In this document: positions 22,018-30,264 of the stretch, in pieces
Numbering within the stretch: the first letter of the stretch is position 1
Layout of the letters: every line of letters starts with the position of its first letter
Source of the DNA: an uncultured Alphaproteobacteria bacterium
GTDB taxonomy: Bacteria > Pseudomonadota > Alphaproteobacteria > Methylaequorales > Methylaequoraceae
Length of the DNA stretch: 64,000 nt
NCBI GenBank assembly: GCA_902540805.1
Contig: CACBON010000006.1
Coordinates: 6,081-70,080 of the forward strand
Direction: 5' to 3'
The notes under the pieces: generated by a model
Told to the model about the DNA's origin: nothing
Database searches by the model: none
Seen by the model: only the letters and a program-made list of their open reading frames with translations
Translations under genes and position numbers: made by a program

Positions 22018-22040
22018 ATTAGTTACCTGTCTGAACTAAT
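22018..22040. terminator. Possible hairpin terminator downstream of the PepSY gene
   Basis: ATTAGTT-N9-AACTAAT inverted repeat immediately after the stop codon; stem is AT-rich, so weak support. Confidence 0.3.
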
Positions 22041-22595
22041 TTATTCTTTTTCGATTCCAATTTCATAAAGTTCGAAATTAGCTTCTTCGATTTCTCCAGT
22101 AACTGCATCAACATCAACTTTTATTTCATAACCTGTGTTAGTTTGAATATCAAATTCGTAGGTTAATGTCCCATCCATACCAATTTCTCTTTCTTCAGCT
22201 ACTATTCTTCCAGGATGAATTTTCAATGCATAATCTTTAGCTTGTTGTATTGTAACTTTGGCTCCACTCTTGAAAATAGGGTTGTTCTCGTCAACTTCCC
22301 TTTCAACTTCTATGATGAAGCCCTCTTCTGCATTACATTCAACGTTGTACGTCGAACCATCTTTAGATGATTCAATATCAAACTCATAGATAGGATCATC
22401 TCCTTCGATTTTAAATTCTAACTTTCTAGCATGACCAGGAACTGTGTCGTAAGCTTGATCAAGACATTGTTCAACTTTAACAATGTCGTATAGCTTAATG
22501 TCGTCAAGGTCAAAATTATCATTAGCTTTTGCTACACTGTTGACTACTAAAAAAGGCATTAGCGCAAAAATATAAAAAAAATAATTTTTATTCAT
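22041..22595 (-). CDS. Periplasmic tandem-PepSY protein, lanpepsy (LanP)-like putative lanthanide-binding protein
   Basis: Signal peptide (..SVAKA), two PepSY repeats each with YEFDI and V-x-x-(N/D)-A-x-x-G-x-I-x-E, two Cys (QCL, VEC), very acidic, C-terminal LYEIG; ATG 22595 preferred over TTG 22604. Confidence 0.75.
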   Translation of the reverse strand: MNKNYFFYIFALMPFLVVNSVAKANDNFDLDDIKLYDIVKVEQCLDQAYDTVPGHARKLEFKIEGDDPIYEFDIESSKDGSTYNVECNAEEGFIIEVEREVDENNPIFKSGAKVTIQQAKDYALKIHPGRIVAEEREIGMDGTLTYEFDIQTNTGYEIKVDVDAVTGEIEEANFELYEIGIEKE

Positions 22596-22640
22596 AGTAT
22601 ACAAATAGTCAAAATTAGACTTAAAAAAACTTATTTTATT

Positions 22641-25151
22641 TTACCATGTGAATTTCATGCCACCAAAGACTGTAAGTGGTTGACCTGGTGTAACAAAAGT
22701 TCCACTACCTCCTGTTCCGTCCACCTCATTTTCAGCTAAAATTCCACCACTCTCAAAATTTGTATCTAGAAGATTTCTTCCTTCAAGAAATATGGAAGTG
22801 CTGAATCCAGCTATATCAGCATTAGCTCTTGGAACTGTGTATTCCATGGAAGCGTTTAGAAGAAAATAGCCAGGAACTTGTTTTCCTTCCGCATTATTTT
22901 CGTCACCTCTGTAGAACTGCCTTGAATTATATTCTGTGTCTACAAATAATCCTAAACCATCAAAAGGGATAAAACCAATGCCAATCCTACCAATGTGCGG
23001 AGATATACCAGGAATAGCGTCACCGGGCCCCACTTGAATTTGATATGATTCTTTGGCTTCACAAGACGCTTGATCAGCTGTAGCTGCGGCATCACCACCA
23101 GCACCATATTCTTCAGGGCCTTCACACGGATGAGGATTTTCTGAGTGTCCAGCACTTGCAATCTTTTGATGAGTTTCAAATGAAGCCCTAACATATGAGT
23201 AGTTACCGTACCAAGTAATGTTTTTTCCCAGTTTACCATTTATAGCTAATTCAGTACCCATTCTTTGAGTATTACCAACGTTTCTAAAATAACCTGTCCC
23301 AACTCTGTTTCCACCAATAAAAATGATGTCATTAAAGTTTCGTCCAGCAAAAGCTGTTGCATTCCAATTAACACTGTGATCTAAACCAAATAAATTAAGA
23401 CCGTCTTTGACGCCCCTTGCCCCAAACTCAAAGCTTCTATTTTTCACTTCATCTAAAGGAGGGTCAGCTTGAAATGAGTTTGGAAGTCTGCACGGTTGAG
23501 CGGGGTCAGCACAACCAAGCTCCGCAACTGAAGGGTTACGACTCGATTCTTTGTATGTCGCATATACTGTGGTATTACCAAACGCGAACGTATCGCCTAA
23601 CTTTCTTGTTATTCCAACCCCGGGGTTAAATTCATTGAAAAAATGATGTCCTTCAAGTGCCGAGGAGTATTGGTCTTCCATTTTAAGAGAAGCCCAATTC
23701 CATCTTCCAGACAAATTTAAAGAAGTAACATCATCTAAATCAATAGTGTTACTTCCATATAAAGCTAAGTTATGTGTTGTTGCTTCGAGATTTGTTATAA
23801 AAATGTTTTCACCCTCGGAATCTTGACTGAGAAGAACCCCAGTACCTTGAACACCTCTGTCAGACTGAATTATACCAAGTTCTGTCGAAGACGCAAAACT
23901 ATTATGCGAGAATTCATAAGCAAGGCCTGTAATGAGTGTGTTATTTTTATCATACAAACCATGATCAAGTGTTGACTGGAAGTTTACCCCCATTTGATTT
24001 TGTTTCGTGTTAGATCTATTAATTGCACCAATACTTTCAACTTCGTTCTCGTCATCCTCAAGCTCCAAACCAAGTGCGGTATAACTGATTGCAGCTCCAG
24101 ATAAGTCCAGATATTGTTCGTCAGAGCCACCAGTTACCTCTAACTCTGAACAAAGAATTCCATCAGCTGTTCCTTTTGTAAAATTGTATCCTTTTCCGCA
24201 ATCACCTGCTTCAAACTCATCACCATTATAATTTCTTCTTTCCATATGACGGTAGAAGATATTGCCCTGAAGCGACAACTTATCATTAACAAAATGATTA
24301 CCACCAAAGTTAGCATAATAATTTTTATTATGTGTATTATCAGGGTAGGTGTAAATAGCCTCTCTTCCTTCCAGATCCATTAATGTTAGAGGTACAGCAC
24401 CATTACCTCTTAAATCGGTATAGGCTTGACCAAAATTGATAAAAAGTTCTGTGTCTTCGTCTGGTCTGTATCTCACATCTCCGAAGAAAGTGTTCAAATA
24501 TGATTCAGAGTGGTCTCTGTAACCATTGTCGTAATTGAAATTTGCTCCTAAATATACCCCAAAATCTCCAAATTCTTGTCCATATTCAAAAATTTCATTC
24601 GTTCTTCCATGACTCCCTCCAGATGTAGTTAAGTTTGCACCTTGAAAATTAAAACCGTTCTTCATTTCCATTGTGATCGCCCCTCCAAGTGCGTTTTGAC
24701 CAAAAATTGGGTCACCACCCGTAAAAATTTGCATGCTATGTGTAGCAAAATCAGGAACTAAGTCCCATTGAACAACTTCTCCAAAAGATTCATTTATTCT
24801 CATACCATTCTGATAAACAGCTATAGATTGGGCTGTGCCTAAAAGAGGACCACCAACATAACCTCTAAAATTAATGTCATTCTGCATAGGGGAGCTATTT
24901 AAATTGAACAACGATATACCTGTTGTTTCTCTGTTTAATGTTTCTGTAATTGATAAATTCTTTTTTTTGCCAAGTTGGTCTCTATTAATTGTTTGAATTT
25001 TACCTGGAACCCTGTCGATATCTATGCCTGATCCTTGGACTGGTGATACGGATATTATGTTTACGTCGGGAGCGACATAGGTTTTGTCTTGGGCTAATGC
25101 GAGAGTTGAAGTGAGAACTAGAGCTGGGATCAAGAAATAATATTTGTTCAT
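22641..25151 (-). CDS. TonB-dependent outer-membrane receptor, LutH-like family
   Basis: Signal peptide, TonB-box-like PDVNII, plug (FRG..LLGT..AVYQNGMRINESFG..V.WDL, FGQNALGGA), ELGCADPAQPCRLPN..ADPPL motif, RGDENN, aromatic C-terminal beta signal (..GGMKFTW). Confidence 0.9.
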   Translation of the reverse strand: MNKYYFLIPALVLTSTLALAQDKTYVAPDVNIISVSPVQGSGIDIDRVPGKIQTINRDQLGKKKNLSITETLNRETTGISLFNLNSSPMQNDINFRGYVGGPLLGTAQSIAVYQNGMRINESFGEVVQWDLVPDFATHSMQIFTGGDPIFGQNALGGAITMEMKNGFNFQGANLTTSGGSHGRTNEIFEYGQEFGDFGVYLGANFNYDNGYRDHSESYLNTFFGDVRYRPDEDTELFINFGQAYTDLRGNGAVPLTLMDLEGREAIYTYPDNTHNKNYYANFGGNHFVNDKLSLQGNIFYRHMERRNYNGDEFEAGDCGKGYNFTKGTADGILCSELEVTGGSDEQYLDLSGAAISYTALGLELEDDENEVESIGAINRSNTKQNQMGVNFQSTLDHGLYDKNNTLITGLAYEFSHNSFASSTELGIIQSDRGVQGTGVLLSQDSEGENIFITNLEATTHNLALYGSNTIDLDDVTSLNLSGRWNWASLKMEDQYSSALEGHHFFNEFNPGVGITRKLGDTFAFGNTTVYATYKESSRNPSVAELGCADPAQPCRLPNSFQADPPLDEVKNRSFEFGARGVKDGLNLFGLDHSVNWNATAFAGRNFNDIIFIGGNRVGTGYFRNVGNTQRMGTELAINGKLGKNITWYGNYSYVRASFETHQKIASAGHSENPHPCEGPEEYGAGGDAAATADQASCEAKESYQIQVGPGDAIPGISPHIGRIGIGFIPFDGLGLFVDTEYNSRQFYRGDENNAEGKQVPGYFLLNASMEYTVPRANADIAGFSTSIFLEGRNLLDTNFESGGILAENEVDGTGGSGTFVTPGQPLTVFGGMKFTW

Positions 25152-25176
25152 ACTTTTACTTTTCAGAGGTATATAT

Positions 25177-25216
25177 GTCAATTTGACCATGCTATAAAGA
25201 AATTTTACCTTGTCAA
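25177..25216 (-). promoter_or_regulatory. Putative sigma70 promoter and palindromic operator of the TBDR-PepSY unit
   Basis: Minus strand TTGACA(25216-25211)-N16-TAGCAT, then GTCAA-N-TTGAC inverted repeat (25177-25187) over the expected +1. Confidence 0.5.
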
Positions 25217-25243
25217 TAAAGTTTTATAACCTATGTTAGCATT

Positions 25244-25693
25244 ATGTTTGCTATATTTAAAAAATTAAAAAAAGAAAATCTTAAAACCCAAGAATTCTCA
25301 CCTATTGACAAAGCAATTTTAATATCAACACTTTTAGTTGAATGTGCTAGAAGTGATGATAATTTCACTGATACAGAGAAAGAGCAAATAAAAAAAATTT
25401 TAAAGAATAAGTTACATCTTGATTCTTCTGAAGTTGAAAAATGTTTTGAAATAGCTAATGAAAGTTCTGAAAAAAGCATTGAAATTTATTCATTAACTAA
25501 AGAAATCAGAGATAATTTTAACAAAGACGAAATACTCTTCATTTTTGAGTTACTTTGGAAAATAATTTTATCAGACAACGTCATCGATGATTTTGAGTCT
25601 TCAATGATGACAAAACTCACTGGACTATTTCATTTAACGGGAAAAGAAAACGCAGAGGCAAAAAAAAACGCACAAACTGCACTTAATCTTTAA
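25244..25693 (+). CDS. TerB-family protein
   Basis: LLVECARSD..F...E and LWKIILSD..IDDFE paired helical acidic motifs. Confidence 0.8.
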   Translation: MFAIFKKLKKENLKTQEFSPIDKAILISTLLVECARSDDNFTDTEKEQIKKILKNKLHLDSSEVEKCFEIANESSEKSIEIYSLTKEIRDNFNKDEILFIFELLWKIILSDNVIDDFESSMMTKLTGLFHLTGKENAEAKKNAQTALNL

Positions 25694-25976
25694 AATAGTC
25701 AGATTTACGCATTTTTAATTTTTTTCTAGAGACTTCAAACCTCTTTCTATTCTTGATTGATTTAGAGTGAACCCTTTCTCTCCATAACTTAAAGCTTTTC
25801 GTTTTTAAAGTTCTGCGCATAATTTTAATAACATCAGACTCAGATTTTCCAGTTTTTTCAAATATTTCTTCAAATGTAATTCTATCAGCCCATGCAGCCC
25901 AAACTATCCAATCTGGTTCTGAAATATTAGGTTCTTTATTCTTAACTTTTGTTTCTGGTCTATTTGATTTTTTCAC
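25683..25976 (-). CDS. DUF2805 / TIGR03643 family protein
   Basis: AWADRITFEEI....G.SESDVIKIMRRTLK.KSFKLWR.RV signature. Confidence 0.82.
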   Translation of the reverse strand: MKKSNRPETKVKNKEPNISEPDWIVWAAWADRITFEEIFEKTGKSESDVIKIMRRTLKTKSFKLWRERVHSKSIKNRKRFEVSRKKLKMRKSDYFKD

Positions 25977-25979
25977 AAC

Positions 25980-26522
25980 TTAGAATAGTTCTGCTTTTAA
26001 AATATCCAACTTTGGTTCAAAATTCTTTCCAATAGCAACAAATCCAATACTTTTTATATCTGACGAGCTAAAGCGTGATGGCTGATAAAAATTAGATTTT
26101 TCAAAATCCTCAAATAAAATTTCATGATCTTCCCAAACTTCTGAAACTACAAATTTTCCTGAATAATATTGCCATGGCAATAAAAGAAAAGATGTCCTAA
26201 TGTGAATAAAATATTCACTAGGCAAACCTCTTGCCTTAATTCTAATTCCATTAAAATTTTCTTCATTTACATCAAAGTTAGTCCTTATTTGAATAAAGCC
26301 GCCATTATTTTCAGTACTGACAATGCCACTCAGTCTTAAAAAATTATTTTTTTGATCTTCTAATATTTCAAATTTACCCTCAGATATTCCACCCATTACT
26401 TTATCTGAAACAAATTCCCATTTTTTAAAAGAATTTTCTGATTCTATGTTTTGAAGTAAATCCATTGCATTTATTTTGTTAACTAATATAAAAAAAAGTA
26501 TTAAAAAGAAGTGAAATTTCAT
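25980..26522 (-). CDS. CIA30/NDUFAF1-family protein, probably exported
   Basis: Signal peptide, W..VSDKVMGGISEG, L.G.VSTENNGGFIQ, PWQYY. Confidence 0.88.
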   Translation of the reverse strand: MKFHFFLILFFILVNKINAMDLLQNIESENSFKKWEFVSDKVMGGISEGKFEILEDQKNNFLRLSGIVSTENNGGFIQIRTNFDVNEENFNGIRIKARGLPSEYFIHIRTSFLLLPWQYYSGKFVVSEVWEDHEILFEDFEKSNFYQPSRFSSSDIKSIGFVAIGKNFEPKLDILKAELF

Positions 26523-26633
26523 TTTATAATCGTATCATTAGAAACAATTAAAATCTAATTAATGATTTAAAAATTATATTAAAATTTATTATAAAAGTGA
26601 GGTCTAGAATGTTAATTAAATTTGCGAATTCAA

Positions 26634-27104
26634 ATGATTAAAGAGGAAATGGTAAATTTGGTTTCTCAAATGCAAAGAAGATGGGCAAACATTGTGATTG
26701 AAATTGGACAAGAATATAAAAAAAAAAACAATGTAGATAATTTAACATCAGAATTGATGCAAAAAATATATGCTTTTGATTATTGTGATGTTTTGTTCAA
26801 ACCTACTTTGGCGAAAGTAGATCAATTTAGATCATCAAAAGAAGAGTTTTTGTCATATTTTTTAGGCCAAAATAATACGTGCAAAGAGGACAGTGGATTT
26901 GCAATTAAAAATTGGAAATCGATAGAATTTAACAACTATAAGATAACAGAGTACAATAATTATTTACTTTCTATGGGGAATTATTTTTTTAAAGATCAAA
27001 AAAATGAAATACTTAAAGTTGAATATACTTTTGGATTTATAAAGATAAATAATAATGAGTTAAGGATCAACCTTCATCACTCATCTCTACCTTACGGAGG
27101 ATGA
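26634..27104 (+). CDS. COG4337-type (iota-class, metal-independent) carbonic anhydrase homologue, NTF2/SnoaL fold
   Basis: VLFKPTL, FR....FLSYF.G, ED.GFA, MGNYFF, KVEYTFG, C-terminal LRINLHHSSLPY; start codon uncertain. Confidence 0.8.
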   Translation: MIKEEMVNLVSQMQRRWANIVIEIGQEYKKKNNVDNLTSELMQKIYAFDYCDVLFKPTLAKVDQFRSSKEEFLSYFLGQNNTCKEDSGFAIKNWKSIEFNNYKITEYNNYLLSMGNYFFKDQKNEILKVEYTFGFIKINNNELRINLHHSSLPYGG

Positions 27105-27164
27105 CCTAGTTGAAAATGAATTCAACAAATTTTAAATTTTGCTTGAACACAATTATTTTTAAAA

Positions 27165-27842
27165 ATGAATAAAGGACTTGTAACAAATATTACCACGCTA
27201 TTAATAACTATATATGGAACAGTTTCTCCATTCTATTCTGCAGAAATTTTTATGGCGGGTTTATTCGGATTATCAGGTGGATTGACTAACTGGCTTGCCG
27301 TTCATATGCTTTTTGAGAAAGTTCCACTTCTTATTGGTTCCGGTGTAATTCCGTTGAGGTTTAAAGAGTTCAAGGAAGGAATAAAAAACTTAATTATGCA
27401 TGAGTTTTTTTCTTCAAAAGCTTTAGAGAATTTTTCATCAACAAAAAGTTTGCCTGTCGATGAAATTTTAAATAAAATTAACTATGACGATATCTATTTT
27501 AAGCTTATTGAAGCAATAAAAGAATCATCATTAGGATCTATGCTGCAAATGGTTGGGGGTGAAAAAGCTTTAGAACCCTTAAAGGAGCCATTAAAAACAA
27601 AAATTAAAGAAACAATAGATGAATTAAAGAATAAAAATTTTGCTAATAGTTCACTTTCTGATGATTTTAAGAATGAAGTTGAGTTAATAATTGACTCAAG
27701 ATTGAATGAATTGAGCCCAGAACAAGTAAAGTTCATAATAAAAGATATTATTCACAAACATCTTGGATGGCTGGTCGTATGGGGAGGAGTTTTTGGGTTT
27801 TTAATTGGTCTTATATTAGGCTTTCTTGGAGGTTTAAGTTGA
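27165..27842 (+). CDS. DUF445-family membrane protein
   Basis: GGLTNWLAVHMLFEK..GSGVIP and HLGWLVVWGGVFG termini. Confidence 0.85.
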   Translation: MNKGLVTNITTLLITIYGTVSPFYSAEIFMAGLFGLSGGLTNWLAVHMLFEKVPLLIGSGVIPLRFKEFKEGIKNLIMHEFFSSKALENFSSTKSLPVDEILNKINYDDIYFKLIEAIKESSLGSMLQMVGGEKALEPLKEPLKTKIKETIDELKNKNFANSSLSDDFKNEVELIIDSRLNELSPEQVKFIIKDIIHKHLGWLVVWGGVFGFLIGLILGFLGGLS

Positions 27843-29314
27843 AAAAGACGTTTTTTAATTTTAACAATACATACCATAAATTACCAAAAACTTTTTATCA
27901 AGAAATCAAACCAAAACCAGTATCAAATCCAAAATTAATAGAATTCAATTTTGAACTTTCAAAATTTTTGAACGTTAATAATTCTGTTGCTGACCAAGAT
28001 CAAGGCAAACTAATTTTCTCAGGAAATAATTTACCCGCAGGAGCCAAACCAATTGCAATGGCCTATGCTGGCCATCAGTTTGGAAATTTTGTGCCACAAC
28101 TAGGTGATGGAAGAGCGATTTTAATTGGCGAACAGATTGCAAAAAATGGAGAAAGATTTGATATACAACTTAAAGGATCAGGGAGAACTGCTTTCTCTAG
28201 ACAAGGAGATGGAAGATCTCCACTCGGGCCTGTTATAAGAGAGTATATCCTTAGTGAATCATTGCATTATCTTGGAATAAAGAGTACACGTTCATTAGCA
28301 ATGGTAAGTACTGGAGAAACTGTTCTGAGAGAGGAGCCTTTGAAAGGAGGAATTTTAACCAGAGTTGCTTCAAGTCACATAAGAATTGGAACATTTGAAT
28401 TTTTCTTTTTTAAGGAGGATTTTTCTTCTCTGAAAAAATTAGCTGATTATTCAATTACAAGACATTTTGCTAGAAAAAACAAAAATAAACCTTACGAATA
28501 TCTTTTAAAAAGTGTAATTAAGTTACAAGCCGAATTAGTAGCAAAATGGATGAGTGTGGGCTTTATTCATGGAGTAATGAATACAGATAATACTTCTATA
28601 AGCGGAGAGACCATAGACTTTGGCCCATGCGCGTTTATGGATGAATACCATCCGACTAGAGTCTTTAGTTATATTGATCAAGGTGGAAGATATTCTTACA
28701 TTAACCAAGGTAAAATAATGTTGTGGAACCTATCTAAGTTTGCAGAATGCCTTATACCTCTCTTAGACAATAATTTTGAAACTGCCAAAAAAAAAGCCAT
28801 TAATTGTTTAGAAATCTATCCAAAATATTTTGAGGAGTGTTGGTTAGATGAAATGAGAAAAAAATTAGGATTTAAAAAAAAAATAAAAGATGATCATATT
28901 TTGATAAACGATTTTTTTAAAATAATGCAAAGTAATAATATGGATTTTACGTTATCTTTCAGAAATCTTTCAAAAATTACTTCCTCCAAAATAAACAGTT
29001 TTTTTAAAAAAGAATTGAAAGCATCAAAAGAAACAAAAAATTGGTTTGAAAAATGGAATAAAAGGCTTGAGACTGAAAATTCATCACGGTTAATTATTTC
29101 AAAGAAAATGTTAAAAATAAACCCAATTTATATTCCAAGAAATCACTTGGTAGAGTCCGTAATAAATCAAGCTATGCGAGAAAATAATTTTTCAAAGATG
29201 AGGGAACTTTTAGAATTGGTTAGAGAACCATTCAAAGAAAAAAAATCAAAAAACTCCTACGGCCTGCCTCCAAAACCAGATGAGGTAATCACAAATACTT
29301 TCTGTGGAACTTAA
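27839..29314 (+). CDS. selO: Protein adenylyltransferase SelO (YdiU)
   Basis: YAGHQFG, QLGDGRA, QLKGSG, DGR, GFIHGVMNTDN, DFGP, C-terminal TFCGT; TTG start at 27839 with GGAGG upstream. Confidence 0.95.
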   Translation: MKKTFFNFNNTYHKLPKTFYQEIKPKPVSNPKLIEFNFELSKFLNVNNSVADQDQGKLIFSGNNLPAGAKPIAMAYAGHQFGNFVPQLGDGRAILIGEQIAKNGERFDIQLKGSGRTAFSRQGDGRSPLGPVIREYILSESLHYLGIKSTRSLAMVSTGETVLREEPLKGGILTRVASSHIRIGTFEFFFFKEDFSSLKKLADYSITRHFARKNKNKPYEYLLKSVIKLQAELVAKWMSVGFIHGVMNTDNTSISGETIDFGPCAFMDEYHPTRVFSYIDQGGRYSYINQGKIMLWNLSKFAECLIPLLDNNFETAKKKAINCLEIYPKYFEECWLDEMRKKLGFKKKIKDDHILINDFFKIMQSNNMDFTLSFRNLSKITSSKINSFFKKELKASKETKNWFEKWNKRLETENSSRLIISKKMLKINPIYIPRNHLVESVINQAMRENNFSKMRELLELVREPFKEKKSKNSYGLPPKPDEVITNTFCGT

Positions 29315-29718
29315 ATAACTGAGAATCCAAATTTTTTACTTTGATTTAAAATTTGGTCTTCTGCTTCAAGCCAAAGTGGAATAGCTTCATCTAAAATTTT
29401 ATATCCTTTTTCAGTTAATTTCATTACTTTTTTTCTTGAGTCCTTTGATTTTATTTGTTTAATGAGTCCATCTTTAAGCAGAATATTTAAACCTCTTGTT
29501 AGAGTTGTTCTATCCATTGATAGTTCCTCTGAAAGTGAAATCAAAGTCTTATTTTCAGTTGTTGCTATAAATGATAGTATAGTGAATTGAGTTATTCTAA
29601 TGCCTACCGATTTTAATTTTTTATCGTAAAACTGAGTAGTTAATCGTGAAGCTTTTCTCATTTTAAAGCATTTACAACTTGTTAGTTGTCTATATTTGAA
29701 TGATTTAGTTCTTTCCAT
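29311..29718 (-). CDS. MarR-family regulator with N-terminal CxC motif
   Basis: CKCFKMRKASR...YD..L...G....QF, MDRTTLTR, DSR..LTEKG winged helix. Confidence 0.9.
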   Translation of the reverse strand: MERTKSFKYRQLTSCKCFKMRKASRLTTQFYDKKLKSVGIRITQFTILSFIATTENKTLISLSEELSMDRTTLTRGLNILLKDGLIKQIKSKDSRKKVMKLTEKGYKILDEAIPLWLEAEDQILNQSKKFGFSVI

Positions 29719-29769
29719 ATATTTTTAAAAATTTTAGTTGTAAAAAATTCATAGTTTAGCATTCATCAT

Positions 29770-30138
29770 CTAATGCGAATCTAAATCTTTTTTAATATCC
29801 TCATGGTCTCCAATTACAATATGATTTTTACTTTTTGTTACAAATCTCTCAAGAAGTGGAATAAAGGCAAGAGGGATTAAACCGCCAATAACAATTCCTA
29901 AAATCATGCTTCTAATATGCGGATCAAGATAACTAGCAATTACATCAGCAATTATATGAGATAGTGCAGCTCCAAATATGCCAGCAACATAACCGTTAGA
30001 AATAATCTTTAGAAACCTATTTATACTGAAAGCTGAATAATATCCAACCAACATAATACTTACATGAACAAATCCAAATATAAGGCCTCTTAGGTTTGCA
30101 GTAGTTTCACTGAATAAGTTTTCTAACAAATGTTCCAT
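29770..30138 (-). CDS. Small membrane protein (about 3 TM), possibly TMEM65/VIT-like
   Basis: Hydrophobic helices GLIFGFVHV.., GIFGAALSHIIAD, GIVIGGLIPL; His/Asp-rich tail; family call is tentative. Confidence 0.6.
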   Translation of the reverse strand: MEHLLENLFSETTANLRGLIFGFVHVSIMLVGYYSAFSINRFLKIISNGYVAGIFGAALSHIIADVIASYLDPHIRSMILGIVIGGLIPLAFIPLLERFVTKSKNHIVIGDHEDIKKDLDSH

Positions 30139-30264
30139 TAAATCTTTTTTTTAATACCAAATTAATAAGAGTATTTAACTAGTTTTACTTTTTTAAGTAA
30201 ATTTATTTATTACTAAATGATAAATAAAATTGACTTTAAGAAAATTATACAGATAAAGTTTTGA

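Noticed and set aside
21877-22040. Possible sRNA or small ORF in the unusually long nhaD/PepSY gap
   Set aside because: Only a 12-codon ORF and short AT-rich dyads; no convincing structure
29290-29314. Selenocysteine read-through at the SelO C-terminus
   Set aside because: The gene ends TFCGT-TAA with Cys; there is no in-frame TGA or SECIS-like hairpin
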